Assembly (NCBI GenBank): GCA_038231275.1
Contig: JBBRLQ010000029.1
Span: 1-64,000, forward strand
From: Polyangiales bacterium
Lineage (GTDB): Bacteria > Myxococcota_A > Polyangia > Polyangiales > Polyangiaceae
Direction: 5' to 3'
DNA: 64,000 bases
The position numbers and the translations under genes are program-made. Of the stretch, positions 17,814 to 27,508 are shown one piece after another; positions within the stretch are counted from its first letter, which is position 1; each line of letters begins with the position of its first letter. The notes beneath the pieces were generated by a model, which was not told the origin of the DNA, did not search any database, and was given only the letters and a program-made list of their open reading frames with translations.

Positions 17814-19153
17814 TGTCGTCGCTCCTCACGAAGCTCTCGCGCCTCGCGCCGACGCCTCCGAAGGGGGTCGCGGCCGAGGTCGCTCGAGAAGCCACGCAAG
17901 ACGTCTCTCACGGCGGGCCGACTCCGAAGGGGGCGCTCCTCGATGATCTGCGCGCGCGCATGCAGGCGGTCCTCGCGCGCGCCGAGAAGCGTGAGCCGCG
18001 ACCCGAGGCACGCCTCAACGCGCCCGAGCTGCCGTTCGTCACGCACGACTCGCCCCTTGGACCGTTGCACGTGCGTACGTTGCGCTGCTCTCCCGCGCAC
18101 GCGATGGGGCGCGTCGCCGTCTCACCCGGTCGCGACGCGCACGCCGACATCCTCGCGCTGCTCGCGCTCGATCCGTCGCTCGCGTCGTGCGATCCCGCGC
18201 GCGCGCTCTACCTCGACACCGAGACCACGGGACTGTCGGGCGGCGCCGGGACCGTCGCGTTCCTCGTCGGTCTGGCGACGTGGCAACCGGGCCCCGCGGG
18301 CACGTGGGCGCTCGAGCTCGAGCAGCTCCTCGTGCGGAACCTCGGGGAGGAGGCGCCGATGCTGGCGCGCGTCGCCGAGCGCGTGCGGGGCGCCTCGATG
18401 CTCGTGACGTTCAACGGCAAGGCGTTCGACATGCCGCTCCTCCGCGCGCGCTACGTGATGGCGCGCATGGAGGCGCCGATCGAGCCGCCGCACCTCGACC
18501 TCGTGCACGTCGCGCGGCGCCTCCACAAGCCGCGCGGCGTCGAGTGCAAGCTCACGACGCTCGAGCGCACGCTGCTCGGCTTCGAGCGCGTCGACGACGT
18601 TCCGGGAGGAGAGGTAGCGGCCTGTTACCTGCATTTTCTTCGGACCGGCGACACGCGCGCGATGGTCGGCGTCGTCGATCACAACGCGTGGGACGTGATC
18701 GCGATGGCTGCGCTCGTCGGCCTCTACGGCGAGCCGCTCCACGAGTCGCAGCTGATCGCCGACGATCTCGCCGGCCTCGCGCGCACGCTGCGGCGCGCCG
18801 GCGCGCTGGATCAAGCGCGCGACGTCGCCGATCGCGCCGTCGAGTCGTCGGCCAGCGAGCACACGCTGAAGGCCCGCGCGGAGATCGCCAAGGCGCGCGG
18901 CGATCGCGCCCGCGCGCTGGCGGACTTCGAAGCGCTCGCCGCGCAGATCGACTGCGGCAAGGTCCGCCTCGAGCTCGCCAAGCTCTACGAGCATTTCGCG
19001 AAGGATCTCGCGAACGCGAAGTCCGTCGTCGACCGCGGTACCAGCGAAGACTCCGTTCGCGCCGGCCGCCGCGCCGAGCGCCTCGCTGCGAAGATCGCCA
19101 AGAAGCGAGCGTGCGACAACGGCACGTTGCCGCTCGTCGCGAAGGCGAAGTAG
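17813..19153 (+). CDS. YprB/MrfB-like RNase H-fold exonuclease (RNase_H_2) with C-terminal TPR-like helices
   Basis: LYLDTETTGLSGGAGT, VTFNGKAFDMP, HLDL, HNAWDV, LELAKLYEH. Confidence 0.85.
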   Translation: MSSLLTKLSRLAPTPPKGVAAEVAREATQDVSHGGPTPKGALLDDLRARMQAVLARAEKREPRPEARLNAPELPFVTHDSPLGPLHVRTLRCSPAHAMGRVAVSPGRDAHADILALLALDPSLASCDPARALYLDTETTGLSGGAGTVAFLVGLATWQPGPAGTWALELEQLLVRNLGEEAPMLARVAERVRGASMLVTFNGKAFDMPLLRARYVMARMEAPIEPPHLDLVHVARRLHKPRGVECKLTTLERTLLGFERVDDVPGGEVAACYLHFLRTGDTRAMVGVVDHNAWDVIAMAALVGLYGEPLHESQLIADDLAGLARTLRRAGALDQARDVADRAVESSASEHTLKARAEIAKARGDRARALADFEALAAQIDCGKVRLELAKLYEHFAKDLANAKSVVDRGTSEDSVRAGRRAERLAAKIAKKRACDNGTLPLVAKAK

Positions 19154-19212
19154 CGACGTCTGCTCGAGATCGTTCGTGAAATTGGCCGGTTTTGACTATG
19201 GTAGCGCCCACC

Positions 19213-21714
19213 ATGTCCGAGGCCGAGCGTTACACCCCCGCCGAGATCGAGCCCAAGTGGCAGCGCATTTGGGAAGAGCAGAAGACGTTTCGCGCGGTCC
19301 GTCACCCCGGCCGCCCCAAGGCGTACATCCTCGACATGTTCCCGTACCCGTCGGGGTCGGGCCTCCACGTCGGCCATCCCGAGGGTTACACCGCGACGGA
19401 CATCGTCTGCCGCTACAAGCGCATGCGCGGCGTGGACGTGCTCCACCCGATGGGATGGGACGCGTTCGGTCTCCCGGCGGAGCAGCACGCCATCCGCACC
19501 GGCACGCACCCGCGCAAGACGACGCTCGACAACATCTCCACGTTCCGACGCCAGCTCAAAATGCTCGGCTTCTCGTACGACTGGGAGCGTGAGGTCGACA
19601 CGACGGATCCCGACTACGTCCGCTGGACGCAGTGGATCTTCCTCCAGCTGTACAAGCAGGGCCTCGCGTTCCAGCAGTCGGACATGCCGGTCAACTGGTG
19701 CCCGGAGCTCGGCACCGTCCTCGCGAACGACGAGGTGAAGCCGGACGGGACGAGCGAGGTGGGCGGGTTCCCCGTCGAGAAGCTCAAAATCCGCCAGTGG
19801 TCGCTGAAGATCACGGCGTACGCCGACCAGCTCGTCGCCGGGCTTTCCAGCCTCGATTGGCCGGAGACCAAGGGCAAGCAGATCGACTGGATCGGCCGCA
19901 GCGAAGGGGCCATCGTGGATTTTGCGGTCGAGGGTCACCCCAACGTCACGCTCAGCGTCTTCACCACGCGCGTCGACACGCTTGCCGGTGCCACGTACGT
20001 CGTCCTCGCGCCCGAGCACAAGCTCTCCGCGCAGATCGTGACCGACGCCCAGCGCGCCGCGCTGTCCTCGTACGCGATGGCCTCGCAGCTGAAGACCGAC
20101 ATCGATCGCTCCGACATCACGCGCGAGAAGACCGGCGTGCCGCTCGGCGTCTTCGCCATCAACCCGATCAACGGCGAGCGCATCCCCATCTGGGCCGGCG
20201 ACTACGTCATCGCGACCTACGGTACCGGCGCGGTCATGGCAGTCCCCGCGCACGACGATCGCGACCACGCGTTCGCTGTAACCTACACGCTTCCGATCGT
20301 GCAGGTTGTGGCCCCCAAAGACGGCCACGCCATCGACGTGCAGAAGGAGGCCTACTGCGACGACGGCGTCTCCACCGCGCAGAAGTCGAACGCCGGCGTC
20401 CCCGACGGCACGCCGAGCTCCGCCGTCCGTGCGCACGTGACGTCGTGGCTCGAGGCCCAAAAGAAGGGTCGCCCGCGCGTCACCTACCGCCTTCGTGACT
20501 GGGTGTTCTCGCGGCAGCGCTACTGGGGCGAGCCCATCCCGATTTATTTCCCGGTGGACTGCGACGGAGATCCACGAAAAGACGGCGCCACGTTCACCGT
20601 TCGCTACGACCAGCCGATCGCCGTCGAAGAGAGCGCGCTGCCGCTGCTCCTCCCCGAGCTCGAGGACTACAAGCCGAGCGGCGACCCCGAGGGCCCGCTC
20701 GCCCGCGCGCGCGACTGGCGTTTTTTTCAGAAGGCGTCCGAGCCCGGTAAATGGTTCGCGCGCGAGACGAACACGATGCCGCAGTGGGCCGGCTCTTGCT
20801 GGTACTACCTGCGCTACCTCGACCCGCGGAACACCGAGCGCCCGTTCTCGAAGGAGTCGTACGACGCGTGGATGCCCGTCGATCTCTACGTCGGCGGCAA
20901 CGAGCACGCGGTCCTGCACCTCCTCTACGCGCGCTTCTGGCACAAAGTGCTCTTCGACATGGGGGTCGTGAAGGACCCCGAGCCGTTCCTGAAGCTCGTG
21001 CACCAAGGCACGATCTTGGGCGAGGACAACCAGAAGATGAGCAAATCGCGGGGGAACGTCATCAACCCCGACGACGTCGTGAAGAGCCACGGCGCCGATG
21101 CCCTGCGCCTCTACGAGATGTTCATGGGCCCGCTCGAGCAGACCAAGCCGTGGCAGACGAGCGGCATCGAGGGCGTGCGGCGCTTCCTCGATCGCGCGTG
21201 GAACGTCACGACCGGGAAGATCACCGACGACGCCGCGGCGTACGACGACGGGACGAAGAAGATCGTTCACAAGACGATCAAGAAGGTCACCGACGACATC
21301 GAGGCGATGCGCTTCAATACCGCCATCGCGCAGATGATGACGCTCGTGAAGCACCTTGGGCAGATGCCGGCCGGCGTCCCGCGCGAGGCGGCGAAGGCGC
21401 TGGCACTCATCGTGTCGCCGTTCGCGCCGCACCTGGGCGAAGAGGTCTGGCAGCGCCTAGGGAGCAACGCGTCGCTCGCGCACGAGCCGTGGCCCACCTA
21501 CGACGCGAACCTCGTCAGGGACGACGAGGTCGAGCTCGGCGTTCAGGTGAACGGCAAGCTGCGCGGCGTCGTGAAGCTCGCCGTGGCCGCCGACGAAGCG
21601 ACCGCGCGCGCCGCGGCGCTCGCCGATCCGAAGGTCCTCGCGTACGTCGACGGCAAGACGGTGAAAAAATTCATCTACGTCCCCGCGAAGATCATCAACT
21701 TCATCGTCGCGTGA
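19213..21714 (+). CDS. leuS: Leucine--tRNA ligase
   Basis: MFPYPSGSGLHVGH, MGWDAFGLPAE, editing domain (YGTGAVMAVPAHDDRD), KMSKS, QVNGKLR. Confidence 0.98.
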   Translation: MSEAERYTPAEIEPKWQRIWEEQKTFRAVRHPGRPKAYILDMFPYPSGSGLHVGHPEGYTATDIVCRYKRMRGVDVLHPMGWDAFGLPAEQHAIRTGTHPRKTTLDNISTFRRQLKMLGFSYDWEREVDTTDPDYVRWTQWIFLQLYKQGLAFQQSDMPVNWCPELGTVLANDEVKPDGTSEVGGFPVEKLKIRQWSLKITAYADQLVAGLSSLDWPETKGKQIDWIGRSEGAIVDFAVEGHPNVTLSVFTTRVDTLAGATYVVLAPEHKLSAQIVTDAQRAALSSYAMASQLKTDIDRSDITREKTGVPLGVFAINPINGERIPIWAGDYVIATYGTGAVMAVPAHDDRDHAFAVTYTLPIVQVVAPKDGHAIDVQKEAYCDDGVSTAQKSNAGVPDGTPSSAVRAHVTSWLEAQKKGRPRVTYRLRDWVFSRQRYWGEPIPIYFPVDCDGDPRKDGATFTVRYDQPIAVEESALPLLLPELEDYKPSGDPEGPLARARDWRFFQKASEPGKWFARETNTMPQWAGSCWYYLRYLDPRNTERPFSKESYDAWMPVDLYVGGNEHAVLHLLYARFWHKVLFDMGVVKDPEPFLKLVHQGTILGEDNQKMSKSRGNVINPDDVVKSHGADALRLYEMFMGPLEQTKPWQTSGIEGVRRFLDRAWNVTTGKITDDAAAYDDGTKKIVHKTIKKVTDDIEAMRFNTAIAQMMTLVKHLGQMPAGVPREAAKALALIVSPFAPHLGEEVWQRLGSNASLAHEPWPTYDANLVRDDEVELGVQVNGKLRGVVKLAVAADEATARAAALADPKVLAYVDGKTVKKFIYVPAKIINFIVA

Positions 21715-22295
21715 TGCGGCGAAGGTTCGCGTTCACGCTCGTCCTGCACAGTCTGCACAGTCTGGCCGGACCGCTCGTGTTGCTCGCGTCGTCGGCGTGC
21801 GGCTACCGCGCGCTCTACGCCGACGCCGTGGGGGAGCGCCTGCACGTCGCGATGTCGCGCAACCTCGTCGCGGACGCCGTCGCGGCCGACGAGGTGCTCT
21901 CCGGAATCCGTGAGGAGCTCGCGCGCGAAGGGGCGCTGGCGGCAGGGGAGGGGTACCCGCGCGTCGAGGTCGAGGTGCTCCGCGCCGACGAGTCGAGCGA
22001 GGGCATTGGCGCCACTGGCGGCCAGCCGCGCGCGCGCGGGACCGAGGTGGGGCTCGTCGCGCGCGCGTGGATCGTCCGCGCCAAGGACGCCCCCAAGGAG
22101 CGCGACACCGGCGACGTCCACGCCATGGACGCCGTTACGATCGACACGCGCGAAGGCCACCTCGATCCGCGCGCCGACGCCCTCCACCACGACGATGCCC
22201 TCCGCGCCGTCGCGCGCCGCGTCGGAAAGCGCCTCGCCCTCCGGCTCCTCGGCCACCCTGTCGCAGTCGAGGAAGGCATCGGCCGCGAGCGGTGA
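21714..22295 (+). CDS. lptE: LptE-like LPS-assembly lipoprotein
   Basis: Lipobox SSACGY; ATG overlaps the leuS stop; leuS-lptE synteny is well established. The rest of the sequence is divergent. Confidence 0.6.
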   Translation: MRRRFAFTLVLHSLHSLAGPLVLLASSACGYRALYADAVGERLHVAMSRNLVADAVAADEVLSGIREELAREGALAAGEGYPRVEVEVLRADESSEGIGATGGQPRARGTEVGLVARAWIVRAKDAPKERDTGDVHAMDAVTIDTREGHLDPRADALHHDDALRAVARRVGKRLALRLLGHPVAVEEGIGRER

Positions 22296-22299
22296 GTGG

Positions 22300-22319
22300 A
22301 GCGGAGCGAAACGCTCCTG
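22300..22319. repeat. REP-like hairpin element, copy 1
   Basis: AGCGGAGCGAAACGCTCCTG, identical to 59515-59534. Stem GGAGCG/CGCTCC. Confidence 0.7.
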
Positions 22320-22388
22320 AAGAGGCGTGTTTCTCCGCGTCCGCAGGGCTTTGGCCCCTTGCATGCTACACGTGGTAGCCTCCGCGCT

Positions 22389-23078
22389 GTGAAGACTGCC
22401 CCCAAGGCTCCGGAGCTCGTGACCCAGCTCACCATCGGTTGCGCCGGGTTCCCCGTACCTGCGACGCGGTACTTCAAAGAGTTCATGTTCGTGGAGGTGC
22501 AGGAGACGCACCTCGCGACGCCGGGCACCGGGACGATCAAGCGCTGGCGCCGGGAGGCCCCGCCGGGCTTCGGCTTCTCGCTGCTCGCCCCACGCGAGAT
22601 CGGTCAAGAGGGCTACCGCGAGGGCAAGGTCATCGAGAACGCGCTCAAGATCCTGCTGACCGTCGGCAAGGAGCTGAGCGCCACCACCGCCGTCTTCGTC
22701 GCGCCGCCGGAGTTCACGCCCGGTCGCAACAACAAGAGCGCGGTGAAGGAGTTCCTCGGCAGCGTGAAGAAGCGCTTCGAGAACGTCGTGTGGGAGCCGA
22801 GCCCCGGCTGGGACCCCGGCGAGGCCGCGCAAATCGCCGATGACGCCGGCGTCATCGCCGCGCGCGATCCGCTGACCCACGGCGCGCTCAAGGGCGACTT
22901 CGCCTACTACCGCCTCCCCGGACCGGCCGGCCACAAGAGCCGATACGAGGACCCGGCGATCGAGCGCCTCGCCGAGATCGCGCGCACCGCGACGAACCAG
23001 ACGGCGACCTACGTCTTCACCAACGTCGACATGTTCGCCGACGCGAAGCGCTTCAAGAAGGCGCTGAAGCTCGCGTAG
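22389..23078 (+). CDS. DUF72 (YecE-like) family protein
   Basis: IGCAGF, FVEVQET, WRREAPPGFGFSL, YYRLPG, YVFTN..MFADAKRF. Start uncertain (GTG 22389). Confidence 0.8.
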   Translation: MKTAPKAPELVTQLTIGCAGFPVPATRYFKEFMFVEVQETHLATPGTGTIKRWRREAPPGFGFSLLAPREIGQEGYREGKVIENALKILLTVGKELSATTAVFVAPPEFTPGRNNKSAVKEFLGSVKKRFENVVWEPSPGWDPGEAAQIADDAGVIAARDPLTHGALKGDFAYYRLPGPAGHKSRYEDPAIERLAEIARTATNQTATYVFTNVDMFADAKRFKKALKLA

Positions 23079-23178
23079 TCGAGCGGTTTGCGCTCAGACG
23101 GACAAAACGCAAAACGGGCCGGCCGCCGCTCCATCGAGGAGCGCAGGCCGACCCGTCTCGCGCGAAGCGAGACTCAGC

Positions 23179-23712
23179 TCACTGGCAAGCGCCGGTGCCG
23201 CCCTCGGCGCCGCACTTGTCGGCGACGCACTGGTCCCACGCCGCCCAGACGCTGGTCGACGACGTGTGCGCAGCCGCGCAGTCGTTGACGCAGGTCTTCT
23301 CCGCCGCCGCGCCGCCGTCCGCCTGGAGGCAGCCCTGGATGCAGTCGTCGAGGAGCTGACAGTCGCAGCCGACCGCCGATGTGTCCTTGAAGCACGCGTC
23401 GATCGGGGTTTGGCAGTTCGTGTGCGCGCACGCGTCGCACGTCGGGTTCTGCAGCTGGATGTTGACGGCCTTGCATGCGCCGCCGTCGCCGCTGCTGGAG
23501 CCGCTCGATCCGCTGGAGCCACTCGATCCGCTGGAGCCACTCGACCCGCTCGTGCCGCTGGTTCCACTCGTGCCGCTGGTCCCGCTGGTTCCACACGTGC
23601 CTCTGCTGCTGCCGCCGTCACCGGTGTTCGACGTCGTCGACGTGACCGTACACGCCGCCAAGAGGAAGCCGATCGCTCCCGTCACCACAAGCTTGTTCTT
23701 CAAAGCAACCAT
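23179..23712 (-). CDS. Cys-rich lipoprotein with Gly/Ser/Thr linker
   Basis: RBS AGGAGGAG; lipobox LAAC; (GTS)/(GSS) repeats; Cys-rich C-terminal domain. Confidence 0.8.
   Translation of the reverse strand: MVALKNKLVVTGAIGFLLAACTVTSTTSNTGDGGSSRGTCGTSGTSGTSGTSGTSGSSGSSGSSGSSGSSGSSSGDGGACKAVNIQLQNPTCDACAHTNCQTPIDACFKDTSAVGCDCQLLDDCIQGCLQADGGAAAEKTCVNDCAAAHTSSTSVWAAWDQCVADKCGAEGGTGACQ
23491..23601 (-). repeat. Degenerate 9-bp tandem repeat encoding (GTS)n(GSS)n
   Basis: Protein GTSGTSGTSGTSGSSGSSGSSGSSGSS with synonymous codon variation. Confidence 0.75.
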
Positions 23713-23859
23713 CGTCTTCTCCTCCTGGGTGCGCGAGCACCACGCGCAAATTCGGACGTCAAACCTTCTACGCGGAATCCCTCATCGTCAAGTATCTCGT
23801 CAAAACCGCGACAGCGTTGTCATGGTGAGCATGTCGGGCAATCGTCTCGAGGACGCGGA

Positions 23860-24636
23860 TCAAAATCCGCAGGCGTCCTTGCAGTTGGTGACCGTGCAGG
23901 CCTCGAGCGCCTGCGACGCCGTCTTTCCGGTCGGGTGCGCGGACTCGCACGCCGCGATGCACGCGCTGTCGTTGCACGCCGCGAGGCACAGCGTGTAGGC
24001 CTCGCACTCCGACGCCGGGCCACACCCGGATTTTTCTGCAGAGCACTTTCCGCCGATGCAGCCGGTGCAGTCCTGGACGACCGCCGCGTCGGTCGGCGGC
24101 ACGCCGGCGTCGGTCACGACGACGGCCGCGTCCGTGTCGGCGTCCGCGGCGGCCGCGTCTTCGGTGCTGCCCGCGTCGCTCGTGGCGCCGCAAACGTCAC
24201 GTACAATCACGCCGGGCGCGGTGCACGACGATGCGGCCGGCGAGCACTTCGCGTTGCAGCCGCCGCACGAGTACACCGAGTCGCACGCGGCGAGGGCGAC
24301 GTATGCGTTTTGTCCGGACGGGTGGCTGCAGAAGCAGGAGTTGATGCACGCCTGACCGCCCCCACTGGTGCCGCAGCCGATCGCGCAGGAGTAGATCGCG
24401 AAGCACTCGCTTTGGTTCTGGCAGACCGCCCAGTTGCCCGAGCACTGCTGGAACAAGCACTCGTTGCACGCGGTGGCGCCGGTGGCGGCGTCGAAGTTGC
24501 CGTCGAAGTCGCCGCCGTCGAGCGGCGCGTCGCTGAGGACGACCGTGCAGCCTTGGGCGCCGAGCGCGGCGACGAACGCCGCCACCATCGGCGCCACGAG
24601 GAGCGGCGCTCCCAATCCAAGCCAACGACGAACCAT
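23860..24636 (-). CDS. Cys-rich lipoprotein with two copies of a Cys-rich module
   Basis: Lipobox AQGC; two CxxCx4C...CxxxCxxxHPxG...C modules joined by a DA-rich linker. Confidence 0.8.
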   Translation of the reverse strand: MVRRWLGLGAPLLVAPMVAAFVAALGAQGCTVVLSDAPLDGGDFDGNFDAATGATACNECLFQQCSGNWAVCQNQSECFAIYSCAIGCGTSGGGQACINSCFCSHPSGQNAYVALAACDSVYSCGGCNAKCSPAASSCTAPGVIVRDVCGATSDAGSTEDAAAADADTDAAVVVTDAGVPPTDAAVVQDCTGCIGGKCSAEKSGCGPASECEAYTLCLAACNDSACIAACESAHPTGKTASQALEACTVTNCKDACGF

Positions 24637-24726
24637 AAAGACTCCCTGGGCCAGATTCGGACCGGCACCCGTTGGACGTTGTCGGGAATGAATTGTTCAA
24701 TCCCCCACGCCGGAGCCTTTTTACCG

Positions 24727-26310
24727 TCAGTTCGCGCGCTTGTCGCCCTTTTCTGCGGTCGCGCTCGCGCCGTTCCGTCGGCGACGGAACGCCATGACCC
24801 CGACCGCGACCGTCGCGAGCCACCACGGGCCGTCGCCGAACGTCTCGTAGACCGTGTGCGCGCGCATCCAGTGGATCCTCTCGCGAAGCGTCTCCTGCTG
24901 GAACGTCTTGGTGTGCGACATCACGCGGCCGACCGGATCGACGATCGCCGACACACCACTGTTGGTGCTGCGGACCAGGTAACGACGGTGCTCGATCGCG
25001 CGGAGCTGCGCCAGGGCGAGGTGCTCCCACGGCTCGCTCGAGTCGCCGAACCACGCGTCGTTGGTCATGTTGACGAGCAGCTCGCTCTCGCCGTTCGAGG
25101 CGCGCACCGCGGCGTTGGTGAACGCAGGCAGGATGTCCTCGTAGCAGATGAGCGTCGTGACCTTGTGCGTGACGCCGGCCTTGTCCTCGATGAGGAGCGG
25201 GTCGAGCGTCGTGCCCGAGCTAAATTTGCCGCTGTTCGGCGACCACTCGTAGAGGATCGGGAACGTGTCGCCGAAGGGAAGGTACTCGCCGAACGCGAGC
25301 AGGTACTCCTTGTCGTAGCGCGACGTGACCTCGCCCTTGCCGTTGGTCGCGAGCGCGCTGTTGTAGAGGACGTACTGGCGCGGGCCGCTCACCGGCTCGA
25401 TGAGCACCGAGCCGATGATCGACGGGACGCCGAGGCGCCGGCCGACCGCGTCGCGGACCGAGGTCTTGTACGTCGTCGAGCGCTCGGCCCGCATGACGCT
25501 CGTCTCGCTCCAAACGACGAGATCCACGCCGTCCGCCTTCAGCTTGTTGGTCATTGCGAGGTGGCGGTTCAGCCCCTCGTCGAACGAGCTGCGCTTCTCG
25601 AAGAGGCCCATGTTCGCCTGCACGGTGCCGACGGTGAGCTCCGGAGAGGCGGCCGCGCGCGCGTCGACGACGCGGCTCATGATGAGCCCGTACACGAGAT
25701 CGATCGCGAGGACGCCGGCGCCGAGCACCATGAAGCGGCGGTCGATTTTGCGCTCGCTCATGTGCGCGAGGATCGGCTCCGCGATCGCGAGGTTGACCAC
25801 ACACATCATGACGCCGAGCAGGATCGGGCCGCCGAGATCCGACGCTTGCGCCATCGAAGGCACGTCGTGGAGGCTCGCGCCGAAGTACCACGGGAAGAGC
25901 AGCGGGAAGACGAGCTCGCTCGCCGCGAACGCGAGGAGGAACACGACGCGCGCGGACCAGCCGCGGGCCGTCGCGCGCGCGTAGAGCCACCCCATGAAGG
26001 CGAGGCGACCGCCCTGATACGTGCACACGACGAGCACGAAAAACATGCACGCGACGGTCGGAAATCCGCTGAACGTCTTCAGCATCGTGAGCAGCCACGA
26101 GAAGCCGAACACGTTCATCGTCGTGCCGGTGATGAGCCCCGCGACGAGCGCGACCCGCGGCGTCTGGCCCTGAAGCGCGATCCAGAGCGGCACGAACGCG
26201 ATGAAGGAGCACGGCCACACCTCCATGCCCGGGAAGCCGAGCCAATAGAGGAGACCGCTCACGAACGCGAGCGCGTAGGTGATGCGGCGAGGCAGCGGGA
26301 ACGTCGTCAT
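24727..26310 (-). CDS. lnt: Apolipoprotein N-acyltransferase
   Basis: TM-rich N-terminus; VQAN, VVWSET, YNSA, YDKEYLLAFGEYLP, LICYED, MTNDAWFG, RSTNSGVS. Confidence 0.95.
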   Translation of the reverse strand: MTTFPLPRRITYALAFVSGLLYWLGFPGMEVWPCSFIAFVPLWIALQGQTPRVALVAGLITGTTMNVFGFSWLLTMLKTFSGFPTVACMFFVLVVCTYQGGRLAFMGWLYARATARGWSARVVFLLAFAASELVFPLLFPWYFGASLHDVPSMAQASDLGGPILLGVMMCVVNLAIAEPILAHMSERKIDRRFMVLGAGVLAIDLVYGLIMSRVVDARAAASPELTVGTVQANMGLFEKRSSFDEGLNRHLAMTNKLKADGVDLVVWSETSVMRAERSTTYKTSVRDAVGRRLGVPSIIGSVLIEPVSGPRQYVLYNSALATNGKGEVTSRYDKEYLLAFGEYLPFGDTFPILYEWSPNSGKFSSGTTLDPLLIEDKAGVTHKVTTLICYEDILPAFTNAAVRASNGESELLVNMTNDAWFGDSSEPWEHLALAQLRAIEHRRYLVRSTNSGVSAIVDPVGRVMSHTKTFQQETLRERIHWMRAHTVYETFGDGPWWLATVAVGVMAFRRRRNGASATAEKGDKRAN

Positions 26311-26843
26311 TCCGTGCGCTGAATCACGTGGAAGCCGAAGCCGGTCTCGACGATGTCGCTGATCTGGCCGACCTTGAGCGAGAAGACGACCTCGTCGAAC
26401 TGCTTCACCATCTGCCCGCGCCCGAAGAGGCCGAGCGATCCCCCGCGGGCCGCCGCGTTCGGCTCGTCCGAATACTCGACGGCGAGGCGCGAGAAGTCTT
26501 CGCCCGCGCGCGCGCGCCGGAGGACCTCTTCGGCGACCTTGCGCGCCTGCTCGCGCGTGCGCACGACGGACGCCGCGGCACGCTCGGAGTTCATCCACTG
26601 GATGAGCACGTGACGCGCGCCGACCTTCGCCGGTTTGGACTTCGCAGCTCCCGTATCGTTCGCCCCGTCGGTCGTGTTCGTGGTGGCGGTCGCGGCCGTG
26701 GTGGCGGTCGCGGTCGTGGTGGCGGTCGTGGTCGGCGTCGCGGTCGTCGCCTCCGGCGGATGCGGCGCCGGTGCAGTGCTCCCACAGGCGATCCCCGCGA
26801 GCGCGAGCGCGACGACAACGGTCTTGGCGGGACGGGCCTTCAC
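26307..26843 (-). CDS. Parvulin-type peptidyl-prolyl isomerase lipoprotein
   Basis: Lipobox GIAC; ARHVLI, FSRLAVEYSD, GGSLG, MVKQF, ETGFGFHVI. Confidence 0.92.
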   Translation of the reverse strand: MKARPAKTVVVALALAGIACGSTAPAPHPPEATTATPTTTATTTATATTAATATTNTTDGANDTGAAKSKPAKVGARHVLIQWMNSERAAASVVRTREQARKVAEEVLRRARAGEDFSRLAVEYSDEPNAAARGGSLGLFGRGQMVKQFDEVVFSLKVGQISDIVETGFGFHVIQRTE

Positions 26844-27379
26844 TTCTTGATCTCGAGGAGCTCGACCTCGAACAGGAGAGTCGAGTTCGGCGGAATCGAT
26901 CCCGCGCCGCGATCCCCGTAGCCGAGCGACGGCGGGATCGTCAGCTTACGCTTGCCGCCGACCTTCATGCCGGCGACGCCCTGGTCCCACCCCTTGATGA
27001 CGCGCCCCTGTCCCAGCGGGAAATTGAACGGCTGGCCGCGCTTTCGGGACTGATCGAACTCTTTGCCGTCCGTGAGCGTGCCTACGTAGTGGACGCTCAC
27101 CACGTCCCCCGCCTTGGCCTCCTGGCCCTTGCCGACGACGACGTCCTGAATTCCGACCTTCGCGTCGGGCTGGCTCGGCGCGGCGGGGGCCGGCGTCGGA
27201 GTCGGCGCGGGCCTTGGCGCGGGCGCGGAGCCTCGGGCTTGCGGCGCGGCCGCGGTTGCCGCGGTGGTCGTGTCGGTCGAGATTTGCTCGGGCGGCGCGG
27301 TGAGCTTGGCGCAGGCGACGCCGAGGACGCTGACGCCGCCGAGCAGGCAAAGGAGCAGACGAGGGGCAAGGACCTTCAT
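26840..27379 (-). CDS. FKBP-type peptidyl-prolyl isomerase lipoprotein
   Basis: Lipobox GVAC; VHYVGTL, FDQS, VIKGWDQG, IPPSLGYG, IPPNSTLLFEVELL. Confidence 0.95.
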   Translation of the reverse strand: MKVLAPRLLLCLLGGVSVLGVACAKLTAPPEQISTDTTTAATAAAPQARGSAPAPRPAPTPTPAPAAPSQPDAKVGIQDVVVGKGQEAKAGDVVSVHYVGTLTDGKEFDQSRKRGQPFNFPLGQGRVIKGWDQGVAGMKVGGKRKLTIPPSLGYGDRGAGSIPPNSTLLFEVELLEIKK

Positions 27380-27508
27380 GCGAGGGCGAACCGTAGTCGG
27401 CTCCCTGGGGAAGTAAAGTGCCTGGCGCGAGGGTGGTGCGGAGGTACGCGAGAGAACTGGGGCCTTTTGCGCTAAGGTTCGGGTTGGGTCTCCCCCCGAG
27501 ATTGGACA

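Noticed and set aside
21744..21764. 9-bp duplication CTGCACAGT in the lptE signal peptide
   Set aside because: In-frame micro-duplication with no evident consequence.
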